Source of the DNA: a virus
IMG/VR virus record: IMGVR_UViG_3300045988_175650
Span: 1-44,119 of that record
Direction: 5' to 3' (one strand)
Length of the DNA: 44,119 bases
Below are positions 15,196-23,737 of this stretch, piece after piece. The notes under the pieces were generated by a model. That model was given only the letters and a program-made list of their open reading frames with translations, was not told the DNA's origin and made no database searches. Each line of letters starts with the position of its first letter. The stretch's first letter is position 1. A program made the translations under genes and the position numbers.

Positions 15196-15507
15196 ATGAC
15201 GAAATCTGAACGGGAATACCTGAACCGCCTTGCCGCGCTGGGCTGCATTGTCTGCCGCAATGCGGGACTCTACGGCGTCGCGGCAGAAATCCACCACATC
15301 CGCGACGGGCAGGGCATGGGGCAACGCGCCAGCCATTACGACACCTTGCCGCTGTGCGCGAAGCACCACCGCACGGGCGGCTATGGCGTCGCCTTCCATG
15401 CGGGCAAACGCGCGTGGGAAGCAAGATACGGCACAGAGCGGGACTTGATGGCACAGGCACAAGCGCTGCTGGCGAAAGAGCGGGCACGCACTGTGGGGGC
15501 CGCATGA
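15196..15507 (+). CDS. Ref-like (P1 recombination enhancement function family) HNH-type nuclease, 103 aa
   Basis: LGCIVCR...AEIHHIRDGQGMGQRASHYDTLPLCAKHHRTG...FHAG matches the C..C...HH...PLC..HH pattern of Ref/RecA-dependent nuclease family proteins. Confidence 0.65.
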   Translation: MTKSEREYLNRLAALGCIVCRNAGLYGVAAEIHHIRDGQGMGQRASHYDTLPLCAKHHRTGGYGVAFHAGKRAWEARYGTERDLMAQAQALLAKERARTVGAA

Positions 15508-15857
15508 GCGATTTCACTGTCCGTTTGCCCTTCCCTCCGTCGCTCAACCACTACTGGCGGCACGGCAGCAAAGGCACTTATATCAGCGCGGAGGGCAAAG
15601 CCTACCGCGCCGCTGTGCTGCGTCTTTTGCGCTCGCCGGTGGTGCTGTTCCCGCGTGAACGCCTCGCCGTCACGCTGACGCTGCACGCCAACAGCCGCCG
15701 TCCCTACGATGTGGACAACCGCGCCAAAGCGTGCCTTGACGCCCTCGAAAAAGCGGGCGTCTATGGCAACGACGGGCAAATCGACCGCCTCTTTGTCCTG
15801 CGCGGCGAGGTACGCGACACAGCCGCCTGCGAGGTGCGTATTGAGGTGATTGGATGA
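15504..15857 (+). CDS. rusA: RusA-family Holliday-junction resolvase (117 aa)
   Basis: LPFPPSLNHYWRH..., YDVDNRAKACLDALEKAGVYGNDGQIDRL is the typical RusA acidic catalytic region. ATGA overlaps on both sides. Confidence 0.8.
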   Translation: MSDFTVRLPFPPSLNHYWRHGSKGTYISAEGKAYRAAVLRLLRSPVVLFPRERLAVTLTLHANSRRPYDVDNRAKACLDALEKAGVYGNDGQIDRLFVLRGEVRDTAACEVRIEVIG

Positions 15858-16195
15858 GCATTGAGTATCACATGCTCCGTTGGCGCCGGTGGAATTTGCT
15901 GCGCAACGGCACGCCGCAGGGTGCGCGTTGCAATCTGGGCAAGTTGGCGCAGTCCACGCCGGACGCCGATGATGTCGCGCCGCTGTCCGACGATGAGGCG
16001 GAGGCAGTAAATCAGGCGCTCTCTGCGCTCAAGGCGAGGTATCCCGATGCGCACCGGGCGATTGTGGCGCGGTATGTTGAGGGCGCGTATGACTCGCGCG
16101 GGGTGGCACGTCGCTGTGGTATCAGCCAGACGGCGGCAAAGGTGTTCCTGCGCGAGGGGTATGCGTTTTTGGATGGGGCGGTGGCGCGCGGGTAA
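15854..16195 (+). CDS. Q-like late-gene antiterminator (Phage_antitermQ-type), 113 aa
   Basis: MLRWRRW... (compare LERWGAW), ...LSDDEAEAVNQALSALKARYPDAHRAIVARYVEG...VARRCGISQTAAKVFLREGYAFLDG fits the remembered family pattern. It is the last gene of the nin-like region. Confidence 0.6.
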   Translation: MSIEYHMLRWRRWNLLRNGTPQGARCNLGKLAQSTPDADDVAPLSDDEAEAVNQALSALKARYPDAHRAIVARYVEGAYDSRGVARRCGISQTAAKVFLREGYAFLDGAVARG

Positions 16196-16213
16196 AAAAG
16201 TTTGTCAAGGGGC

Positions 16214-16241
16214 TTGTTTTGTATCGTGGCTACGATACAAT
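16214..16241 (+). promoter_or_regulatory. Candidate moron promoter overlapped by a perfect 9-bp inverted repeat (operator)
   Basis: TTGTTT (16214-16219), 16-nt spacer, TACAAT (16236-16241). Inverted repeat TTGTATCGT-ggct-ACGATACAA spans 16219-16240. Confidence 0.5.
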
Positions 16242-16272
16242 GTGCGCCATCAAGTCAAATACAGGAGCATTT

Positions 16273-16965
16273 ATGGAAACTTTTACCTTTGATGTCAAAA
16301 CCCCTCGTGGTGTTGCTGTTAGCATCGAAATTGAGATGGACAGCAAAGGGTGGCGGCCTACCTATTGTAATGTTGATGGGATGGGGCGCCTTCCGGTCAT
16401 TGCTCACAACATTTGCAGTGGGAAAACCCTGCATAAGTCCGGTTTTCCTCTCCCCGACGACGAAAGCACCTACTATAGTGTGTATAAGCTAAACGATAAT
16501 GGCAGCACGTGTAACGTGATAATTGCCCCTGAAAGCTCCCATAAAATGGGAGATGAGATTCATGCTTTGCGCGCCGCTCGCAAAGAACAATGGAAACAGG
16601 AGTGGTTAAAAGAACAGGAGGCTGAAGCTCAAAAACTTGAAGCGAAAGTCCCCGGCCTCGCTGCCTTGCAAGCCGCTTACGAAGCGGAAACCGCCTACCG
16701 TGAGGCATTCAGGGTCGCGATGGAGGACGAGAGCCGCGATGGTGTCGCGATGCCTGCACAACCCGAAACGGATGTTGCCGCGCTAGAAGCCGAGTTTCCG
16801 CGCGCTGCTCTCTACATCAAAGCAGAGGAGTACAGTATGGCCGCCGATGACCGCAAGGCAACGGCGGGCAACAGGGCAAAAAAACTTCTCGCAGAGGGTG
16901 CCAGTGAGAAAGATGCTGCAGCAATCCTTGAGAACTGGCTGCCAGAATCTGCTATATGGAACTGA
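16273..16965 (+). CDS. Uncharacterised moron protein (230 aa from METFTF): low-GC N-terminal domain plus Ala/Glu-rich helical C-terminal half
   Basis: RBS AGGAGC before the ATG at 16273. The N-terminal part is AT-richer than the phage backbone (sampled line 48% G+C). No recognisable motif. Confidence 0.65.
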   Translation: METFTFDVKTPRGVAVSIEIEMDSKGWRPTYCNVDGMGRLPVIAHNICSGKTLHKSGFPLPDDESTYYSVYKLNDNGSTCNVIIAPESSHKMGDEIHALRAARKEQWKQEWLKEQEAEAQKLEAKVPGLAALQAAYEAETAYREAFRVAMEDESRDGVAMPAQPETDVAALEAEFPRAALYIKAEEYSMAADDRKATAGNRAKKLLAEGASEKDAAAILENWLPESAIWN

Positions 16966-16970
16966 AGCCG

Positions 16971-17153
16971 ATGAGCGATAAACCAAAACGACGTAAAACA
17001 CCTGCTTGGCAGCAGGCGCAATACAATTATGAAAAGAGGCGTGTCATCAAGCGCGTTTCTTTCAATATTGAAAAAGAAGCGGACCTTCTTGCAAAAGCAG
17101 AGAGAATGGATGACTTTTCGGGGTGGGTAAAAGCGCGGTTGCAAGAAGTGTAA
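16971..17153 (+). CDS. Small ribbon-helix-helix (CopG/Arc-like) DNA-binding protein (60 aa; alternative start at 16956)
   Basis: Basic N-terminus, then KRVSFNIEKEADLLAKAERMDDFSGWVKARLQEV, a beta-strand-helix-helix pattern typical of RHH proteins. Confidence 0.55.
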   Translation: MSDKPKRRKTPAWQQAQYNYEKRRVIKRVSFNIEKEADLLAKAERMDDFSGWVKARLQEV

Positions 17154-17157
17154 CAGC

Positions 17158-17186
17158 TTGACAGCCGGGCGCCCGGAAAGTATACT
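17158..17186 (+). promoter_or_regulatory. Late promoter (PR'-like), near-consensus sigma70
   Basis: TTGACA (17158-17163), 17-nt spacer containing the palindrome CCGGGCGCCCGG, then TATACT (17181-17186). It lies upstream of the lysis and structural genes. Confidence 0.7.
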
Positions 17187-17274
17187 ATCTATATTAGGTT
17201 GGAATTATTGTAATTCCTTCCTGATATTCGCCCTTCGGGGCGCGAATTGAAACAAAACTACCATATTACAAACA

Positions 17275-17302
17275 GCCCGCCTTGCGCGGGCTTTTTGTTG
17301 TT
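17275..17302 (+). terminator. Rho-independent terminator 1 in the late leader (tR'-like)
   Basis: GCCCGC-cttgc-GCGGGC followed by TTTTTGTTGTT. Confidence 0.8.
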
Positions 17303-17329
17303 CCCGCTCTGCGCAAGCATCGGACTTCC

Positions 17330-17351
17330 GCCCGCTCACGCGGGCTTTTTT
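17330..17351 (+). terminator. Rho-independent terminator 2 in the late leader
   Basis: GCCCGC-tcac-GCGGGC followed by TTTTTT. It lies immediately before the endolysin RBS. Confidence 0.8.
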
Positions 17352-17367
17352 ATTGCCCGGAGGCAAG

Positions 17368-18225
17368 ATGAACGCTGATTTTCAAACCGCGCTGCGGCTG
17401 CTCGCCAAGCATGAGGGCGGCTGGAGCGACCGCGACCGTGATGCCGACCCCGGCGGCAAGACGATGTACGGTATCACCCAGGATACCTACAACGATTGGT
17501 GCGCGCAGAAGGGCAAGCCGCACGGCGAGGTGCGCAATATCGCCTACACCGAGGCCGCCGCCATCTACCGCGCCAACTATGCCAATCCGATCCGCTATGA
17601 AGACCTGCCGCCCGGCATCGGCTACGCGGTGTTCGACCTCGCGGTGAACGCGGGCGTATCCAAAGCGGTGCGGCTGTTGCAAGAGGTGCTGGGCATCCGC
17701 CAGGACGGCATCGTTGGCAGTCAGACGCTGGCAGCGGTGCGCGCCGCCAATCTGCCCGACCTCATCAAGCGTTATTGTGCCGCCCGCCGCAAGTGGCAGC
17801 TGCGCCTCAAGAACGCCAAGCATAATCCCGGCTGGGTAACGCGCATCAACGATGTGGAGCGCGACGCGCTGCGCATGGCGGGCGAGGCCGACAAGGCACG
17901 CCGTCCGGGGCAGTCGGTCAATGATGCGCGCAAGGCCGCGGTTGCCGCGCGTGGTGATGTGGTTACCGAGCCACCGCTTGACCATGTGCCGGATGACGGC
18001 CGCGGCGCCAAAGCCTATGGCCGCGCTCGCGCCCCTGTCAGCGAGTATGTTGCCCCGGCCACCGGTGCGGCGGCGCTGATTGGTGCCGCGGCCGACACGG
18101 CAGCGAGTGCGGGCGATTTGCACGACAATCTCGCCCGTTTCCTGCCGCCGTGGTTATGGTTTGTGGTGCTGGCTGGCGTCATCGGTTATCTCTGCTGGCG
18201 GGTGTTCCGTGCTCGCCAAGATTAA
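17368..18225 (+). CDS. Endolysin: GH108 muramidase + PG_binding_3 domain with an unusual C-terminal linker and TM helix (285 aa)
   Basis: LLAKHEGGWSD...DPGGKTMYGIT is the GH108 signature. AVFDLAVNAGVSKAVRLLQEVLGIRQDGIVGSQTLAAV is the PG_binding_3 pattern. The C-terminus LARFLPPWLWFVVLAGVIGYLCWRVFRARQD is a hydrophobic helix followed by basic residues. Confidence 0.8.
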   Translation: MNADFQTALRLLAKHEGGWSDRDRDADPGGKTMYGITQDTYNDWCAQKGKPHGEVRNIAYTEAAAIYRANYANPIRYEDLPPGIGYAVFDLAVNAGVSKAVRLLQEVLGIRQDGIVGSQTLAAVRAANLPDLIKRYCAARRKWQLRLKNAKHNPGWVTRINDVERDALRMAGEADKARRPGQSVNDARKAAVAARGDVVTEPPLDHVPDDGRGAKAYGRARAPVSEYVAPATGAAALIGAAADTAASAGDLHDNLARFLPPWLWFVVLAGVIGYLCWRVFRARQD

Positions 18226-18475
18226 GGCATGGGCGCTGTATGCGCTCGCCGCTGCTGTCGCCGTGTTGGCGGTCGCGCTCAATGTGCTGCGCGCCAGGAA
18301 TGCCCGTCTCAACGCAGAGCTGGAGCGGCGCGAGCGCTCACGTTTGCAGGCCATCGCCGACGGTCTCAAGGCACGGGCGGAGCGCGCCAATCAGGCGGCG
18401 TCGCAATCCAAGCGGGTGCGCGAGGAAGCCGAGAAGGCTATCCGGGAGGGGAGACGTGATTATTTCGAGAAGTAA
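18209..18475 (+). CDS. i-spanin-like protein (N-terminal TM + coiled coil; about 88 aa, GTG start inferred)
   Basis: VLAKIKAWALYALAAAVAVLAVALNVL, then the charged helical region RARNARLNAELERRERSRLQ.... The o-spanin-like ORF overlaps its 3' end. The start codon is uncertain. Confidence 0.5.
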   Translation: MLAKIKAWALYALAAAVAVLAVALNVLRARNARLNAELERRERSRLQAIADGLKARAERANQAASQSKRVREEAEKAIREGRRDYFEK

Positions 18476-18704
18476 GACGGTGGCTTTGGCCGCCGTTTTT
18501 GTTTTTGGCGCGGCGGGCTGTGCGCGGCAGGTGGAGTTTGTACCTTTGCCGCCTCCGCCCTGTCCGCCGATGCCAACCCTGCCGCTCATCAAAGGTGTGG
18601 ATTTGGCGACGTTGTCGGACGACGCCTACCGGGATTTGGTTGAGCGCGAGTTGAGGTTGAAGGAACACATTGGCCAGTTGCGGAGTTTGTGTGATGGAAA
18701 CTGA
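18456..18704 (+). CDS. o-spanin-like outer-membrane lipoprotein (82 aa, GTG start)
   Basis: RBS GGGAGGGGA before the GTG. Signal plus lipobox ALAAVFVFGAAG|C. Pro-rich mature part PLPPPPCPPMPTLP. The overlapped arrangement with the preceding ORF is typical of Rz/Rz1. Confidence 0.6.
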   Translation: MIISRSKTVALAAVFVFGAAGCARQVEFVPLPPPPCPPMPTLPLIKGVDLATLSDDAYRDLVERELRLKEHIGQLRSLCDGN

Positions 18705-19005
18705 AGGCAAGAAAGCGCTGTTTGATTGGCGCATCAGCATGGGCAATGTGTTGGTGGTTGTGGGCATGCTGGTCAGCGGTTTTTTGTATTTCGCCGATAT
18801 TGACAAGACCAATGCTCTGCAGGATGTGCAGATTGCGGCGGAGCAGCAGGCGCGCAAGGAGGCGATTCTTGCGGAGCAGCAGGCACGGCGTGAGGCGTTG
18901 CAGGATTTGCGTATCCGTATTGATGCCGACCGCGCCGAGATGCGGGCGCAGTTTGAAAAGATTAACGACAAGCTCGATGCGCTCGTCAAATCGCGGGGGC
19001 AGTAA
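18694..19005 (+). CDS. Membrane-anchored coiled-coil protein (103 aa); holin candidate or second Rz-like protein
   Basis: One TM helix (MGNVLVVVGMLVSGFLYF) followed by a Gln/Ala/Arg/Glu-rich helix with the internal duplication AAEQQARKEAILAEQQARREAL. Confidence 0.55.
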   Translation: METEGKKALFDWRISMGNVLVVVGMLVSGFLYFADIDKTNALQDVQIAAEQQARKEAILAEQQARREALQDLRIRIDADRAEMRAQFEKINDKLDALVKSRGQ

Positions 19006-19496
19006 TGGCGCGTCTGTCAGCGGAGCAATGGACGATGGCGCGTGCGGATTATGAAATCCGTGGGATGTCGGTTACAGAGGTTGCCAAGAAGTACGGGTGC
19101 GCCAAGTCGGCCGTGTCAATGCGCGCTAAGTCCGAAGGCTGGCAGGCGGGCAAAACTGAACAGGCGGTTACAGATAAGGTAAACGCAATCATGCAGTTGG
19201 CGAGAGTTGAACAGGAAACTGAACTCAAACTGAACGCTACTGAACGCGCGGTGTTTGATACCGTTGTTATGGACGATGTAGCTTTCCGCGCACAGAACGA
19301 TGCTGACCTGGAGGCAGTGTGTCGGCACATGATGACGTTGCTTCCTGGGTTGGATAAACCTGCGGATGTTAAAGCAGCGGCGGAGACGTTACGCATTGCG
19401 CGTGAGAGCCGTTTGGGCAAGACGCCCGACACCGCAATCCAAATCAACAACAACGCCCCGGCGCGTATTGAGCGGGTGATTGTCGATGCGCATTGA
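19005..19496 (+). CDS. Terminase small subunit (163 aa)
   Basis: N-terminal HTH (MSVTEVAKKYGCAKSAVSMRAKSEGW). It lies immediately upstream of and overlaps the terminase large subunit. Confidence 0.7.
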   Translation: MARLSAEQWTMARADYEIRGMSVTEVAKKYGCAKSAVSMRAKSEGWQAGKTEQAVTDKVNAIMQLARVEQETELKLNATERAVFDTVVMDDVAFRAQNDADLEAVCRHMMTLLPGLDKPADVKAAAETLRIARESRLGKTPDTAIQINNNAPARIERVIVDAH

Positions 19497-20748
19497 CACC
19501 CCGCGCTGGGCGCTACCGTTATTGCAACCGGCACGCTACAAGGGCGCGCATGGTGGGCGGGGTGGCGGCAAGTCGCATTTTTTTGCCGAGGCGATTGTTG
19601 AGGCGCATTTGCTCGACCCAAACAGCAAGACGGTGTGCATCCGCGAGATTCAAAAATCGCTGCGGCACAGCGTGAAGGCGCTCATCGAAGCGAAGATTGA
19701 GAAGCTCGGCGTGCTGTCGCATTTTGACATCCAGCGCGACCTCATCCTCAACCGCCACGGTGGTGGACTGATTATCTTCCAGGGGATGCAAGACCACACC
19801 GCCGACAGTATCAAGTCGCTGGAGGATTTTGACCGCGCCTGGATTGAGGAGGCGCAGACGATTTCGGCGCGCTCGCTGCGTCTGCTGCGTCCGACCATCC
19901 GCAAGGCTGGGAGCGAGATTTGGGCAAGCTGGAATCCCGAAAACGAGACCGACCCGATTGACCAGCTGCTGCGCGGCGCAGGCAAACAGCCAGGCAGCAT
20001 CGTGGTTGAGGTCAATCTGCACGACAACCCCTTTGCCAGCAAGGAGACGTGGGACGAGTACGACAACGACCGCGAACGTGCCAAACGACGGCAGGAGGCG
20101 GGCGACAAGAATGCCTGGGCGGATTTTGAGCACGTCTGGCATGGCAAGTATGCCGTGTTGTCAGCGGCGCAGGTGCTGGCTGGCTGTTATCGCATCGAGG
20201 CGTTTGAGCCGCAGACACGCTGGGACGGCCCCTATTTTGGGGTGGACTGGGGATTTGCGTCAGATCCGACGGTGATGGTTAAGTGCTGGATAGACGGGCG
20301 GACGCTCTATGTTGAGCAAGAGGCGTGGGGTGAGCATGTGGAGACGGTGGACGTGCCCGCGCTGTTTGACCGCATCGCGGGGGCGCGGCAACACGTCATC
20401 CGTGCTGACAGCGCCAGGCCAGAGATGATCAGCCACCTGCGCAACCACGGCTATCCGGGGATGCGGGCAGCAGATAAATGGCCGGGGAGCGTCGAGGACG
20501 GCATCGGTTGGCTGCGCGGCATGGAGATTGTGATTCACCCAGACTGTAAGCACGCGCAAGAAGAAGCGCGCTTGTGGAGCTACAAGACCGACCGGCTGAC
20601 CGGCGACGTACTGCCCAAGCTGGAAGACCGGAATAACCACGTGATCGACGCAATCAGGTATAGCGTATCGCCACACATCCGTCGAGGCGGGGCGGGCGTG
20701 AGCAGCGTGGTGGCATCCGCCCGCCGACGCATGGGCAACAGATTATGA
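19486..20748 (+). CDS. Terminase large subunit (PBSX/Terminase_3-like), 420 aa
   Basis: N-terminal ...YKGAHGGRGGGKSHFFA is a Walker A motif as in PBSX-family TerL. Its size and its position before the portal gene fit. Confidence 0.85.
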   Translation: MRIDTPRWALPLLQPARYKGAHGGRGGGKSHFFAEAIVEAHLLDPNSKTVCIREIQKSLRHSVKALIEAKIEKLGVLSHFDIQRDLILNRHGGGLIIFQGMQDHTADSIKSLEDFDRAWIEEAQTISARSLRLLRPTIRKAGSEIWASWNPENETDPIDQLLRGAGKQPGSIVVEVNLHDNPFASKETWDEYDNDRERAKRRQEAGDKNAWADFEHVWHGKYAVLSAAQVLAGCYRIEAFEPQTRWDGPYFGVDWGFASDPTVMVKCWIDGRTLYVEQEAWGEHVETVDVPALFDRIAGARQHVIRADSARPEMISHLRNHGYPGMRAADKWPGSVEDGIGWLRGMEIVIHPDCKHAQEEARLWSYKTDRLTGDVLPKLEDRNNHVIDAIRYSVSPHIRRGGAGVSSVVASARRRMGNRL

Positions 20749-22196
20749 GGACAACGATGTTTTGGGGATTATTCAGCAAGGGTAAGCAACCGCAGGGCAA
20801 GGTGCGCGTCAATCCGGTTAAGGCGGGCGCGCAGTTTGTTGTGCCGACCTACTCGCTCTCGGCGAGTGATGTGGACGAGGTGCTCAAACGCGCCAACCTG
20901 ACCCGTACTGACCTGCTCAAACTGCTCTACGATGACGAGATTTATGGCTGCATCTCCCGCCGTACTGCTGCGGTGATGGGCAATGCTTGGCACATTGAGG
21001 GTGATAACACCGACTGGCTCTACTCGGCGGTGTCTGCCGTGTACGAGGATGCGGTGCGTATCATGATGCAGGCGCTCTGGATCGGTTCCAGCATTGGCGA
21101 GCTCATCTGGCAGGACGGCGAGCAAAAGACTATCCGCGCCGTCGTGCCGCGCGTCATCGAGCAATTCAAGAGCGACGCCGATGGTAATCTGGTTTGGAAA
21201 TCGCCGAACGGTGGCGAGGTTGCGGTCATCCCGGAAAAAGTGCTGCGCGGTGCGGTCAACGTCAACAAAACCAACCCTTACGGCGATGCGTTACTTTCGC
21301 GCGTCTATTGGGCGTGGTTCGCGAAAAATTACGCCGAGCAGTTCTGGAACAAGTTTGCCGAGCGCCATGCCTCACCGATTACCGTTATCAAAAGCGCGGT
21401 CAATACCGCCAACCGGGACGAGGCGCAGCGGGATTTGGCGGCATTGGCAGCGGCCGGTTCGCAGGCGATGGCCGATGGTGTCGTCGCTATGAGTGACCAG
21501 GACAGCATCGAGTTTGTCGAGGCCAACAACGACGGCGCGGCGCATGAAAAATACACCCGCCACCAAATCCAGCGCATCCAGAAGACATTACTGGGGCGGG
21601 TGCTGACCTCCGAACTGGAGACCGGCTCACGCGCGGCGCAGGAGACGGACGACGGTTTTACACAGTCTATCGCCGATGCCGACCTGACCTTTGTTGAGCG
21701 CGGAATCAACCACATCGTCGCTTGCCTGCTCACCGTCAACGGCATGGACGCCGAGGGCGTCTATTTCGTCTATGAGCGGGCGCAGGCGATTGACAAAGGG
21801 CGCTGGGAGCGCGATGTGGCGCTGCTCAATACCGGCAAGGTAGAGCTGACCGAGCAATACTACCTCGACAACTACGGCTTCGAGCCGCAGCATTTCCGGG
21901 TGGTGGCGGCTGCGCCAGCCACGCCAAAGCTCTCCCTCTCGCTCTCACAACTGACGCCGGGGGCGCAAGAGGTGGAGGACGGTATTACCGCCGCGCTCAA
22001 GGACGCCCCGGAAATGCTCGGCGTGGAAGCGGTGCTTGCCGTCGCCCGCGAGGCACACGATGAGGCAGACCTGGTGCGGCGGCTGGCGCTGCTCTACGAC
22101 GACCACGACGACAGCCAGTACACCGACTGGCTGGCGGGCGCGTTGGCGTTGGCAGCGGCGCAGGGCTACGTCCATGCCGACAAGGGGCGCTACTGA
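20745..22196 (+). CDS. Portal protein, Mu gp29-like (DUF935), 483 aa
   Basis: It lies between TerL and the MuF-like gene. The N-terminal LLKLLYDDEIYGCISRRTAAVMGNAWHIEG resembles the DUF935 portal family as I remember it. Confidence 0.7.
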   Translation: MRTTMFWGLFSKGKQPQGKVRVNPVKAGAQFVVPTYSLSASDVDEVLKRANLTRTDLLKLLYDDEIYGCISRRTAAVMGNAWHIEGDNTDWLYSAVSAVYEDAVRIMMQALWIGSSIGELIWQDGEQKTIRAVVPRVIEQFKSDADGNLVWKSPNGGEVAVIPEKVLRGAVNVNKTNPYGDALLSRVYWAWFAKNYAEQFWNKFAERHASPITVIKSAVNTANRDEAQRDLAALAAAGSQAMADGVVAMSDQDSIEFVEANNDGAAHEKYTRHQIQRIQKTLLGRVLTSELETGSRAAQETDDGFTQSIADADLTFVERGINHIVACLLTVNGMDAEGVYFVYERAQAIDKGRWERDVALLNTGKVELTEQYYLDNYGFEPQHFRVVAAAPATPKLSLSLSQLTPGAQEVEDGITAALKDAPEMLGVEAVLAVAREAHDEADLVRRLALLYDDHDDSQYTDWLAGALALAAAQGYVHADKGRY

Positions 22197-23737
22197 TGGC
22201 GCACTATCCCTCTGCTGCTGACTACCTGCGCGCCCGTGGTGTGGAGCCGGCGGCAGACTTTTATGCGCGTTTGGAGCATCTGCGGTACGAGGCGTGGACA
22301 CTCGCCAAAATCAGCGACGTCGAACAAATCGAGCAGGTTAAGCAGAGCCTGGTCAAAGCATTGGCAGAGGGCAAGAGCTTCCGCGAATGGCAACAGGCGC
22401 TGACCCCGGAAATGCTCGCCCTGCCGAAACACTATCAGGAGACGGTATTCCGCACGGCGATGCTGTCATCGTACAACGGCGCCAAATGGACACACTTCCG
22501 CGCGCACGCCGAGCGCCGCCCCATCCTGCGTTACATCGCCATCAACGACCAGCGCACCCGCCCGGCGCATCATGCCCTGCATGGGCTGATGATGCCGGTC
22601 GGTGATGAGCGTTGGGCAAACCTTGCGCCCCCGCTTGGTTTCAACTGCCGCTGTAGCCTGGTCAGCCTCTCCGACAAACAGGCAAAGGCGCTTGGCTACA
22701 ACGGTGCGCCGGAAAAATTGCCGACGTGGGAAGATGGCCACGGCGTCAGCCATACCGCTACGGCTGATAAAGGTTGGAGCAGCCCCGAGCGCCGCGACCT
22801 TACCGAGTATCTGCGCCAAAAAGAAGCGAAGGCTGGATTGGGCAAAGCTGCATATACGGAGCCGTCGCCACCATTCCCGACGCCGGAAAACTGGCGAGAT
22901 GTTGCCAAAATGGGCGAAGAAATATGGGGCAGGCACTCAGACTTATTGGATAGCGTCAATTTTGATTGGCTACAAGATATATTGCCGCACCAGATGGATA
23001 ACGCCCTCCCAGAGAAACGGGATGAGTTTTTGAATGCGCTATTGGCAGTCATGAAGCGCGAAGGTGTAGAGACCGGCGCACAAGCCAAGGCTGAAGGTGA
23101 TGCGGTTAAGAAATTCAATGAAATAATCGGGAGGTATCCTGCTTCATGGGTTAACAAGGCGAATAGTACGGGGACGGTGTATATCCGCAATTTGACCGAC
23201 CGTGGATACCACTTGTTTATAGACGATAGAATGTCTTTAGTGGTGAAAAACAAAAGATGGCTGAATTCTCAAGGGTTGCGTGTATTCTCCAAGTTCGCCG
23301 AACAATTGCAAGCTGGCGACAGTTTGCTTTATTTGAACGAAATGACGGGCAAAGAGGTGGCGTACAACGCGGCCAGAATAAGCGTTCATGAATATGGACA
23401 CCGGCTGCAAAGAACAGTTTCCGGACTGGATGATTATTTCAAACAGTTCTGGCTTGACCGGACTGCGGGGGAAAAAACAAAACCCTTGGCAGATTTCGCA
23501 AAGGATAAAAGCACGTCACATTATTCCCGTACTGAAGTTGGACGTGAGGATAGCTTTGTGGATGGTTATATTGGGCGCAATTATGGAGACGATGACAATC
23601 CACAGCCACGAGAAGTGTTGACGATGACATTCCAGGCGTTGCTTGGTGGGGACGCTCACCTGTTGAAAAAAATGCTGGACAATGACCGTGAAATGATATA
23701 CTTGGGCATAGGATTATTGACGAGGTTCACCCCGTGA
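22196..23737 (+). CDS. MuF-like minor head protein (SPP1 gp7 / Mu gp30 family) fused to a low-GC C-terminal domain with an HExxH motif (513 aa)
   Basis: MuF core: YIAINDQRTRPAHHALHGLMMPVGDERW...PPLGFNCRCSLVS. The C-terminal ~300 aa are AT-richer (sampled line 40% G+C) and contain VHEYGHRLQ (HEYGH at 23387-23401). Confidence 0.8.
   Translation: MAHYPSAADYLRARGVEPAADFYARLEHLRYEAWTLAKISDVEQIEQVKQSLVKALAEGKSFREWQQALTPEMLALPKHYQETVFRTAMLSSYNGAKWTHFRAHAERRPILRYIAINDQRTRPAHHALHGLMMPVGDERWANLAPPLGFNCRCSLVSLSDKQAKALGYNGAPEKLPTWEDGHGVSHTATADKGWSSPERRDLTEYLRQKEAKAGLGKAAYTEPSPPFPTPENWRDVAKMGEEIWGRHSDLLDSVNFDWLQDILPHQMDNALPEKRDEFLNALLAVMKREGVETGAQAKAEGDAVKKFNEIIGRYPASWVNKANSTGTVYIRNLTDRGYHLFIDDRMSLVVKNKRWLNSQGLRVFSKFAEQLQAGDSLLYLNEMTGKEVAYNAARISVHEYGHRLQRTVSGLDDYFKQFWLDRTAGEKTKPLADFAKDKSTSHYSRTEVGREDSFVDGYIGRNYGDDDNPQPREVLTMTFQALLGGDAHLLKKMLDNDREMIYLGIGLLTRFTP

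Noticed and set aside
17350-18123. 257-aa minus-strand ORF
   Set aside because: It lies antisense to the endolysin, whose GH108/PG_binding_3 motifs identify the true frame.
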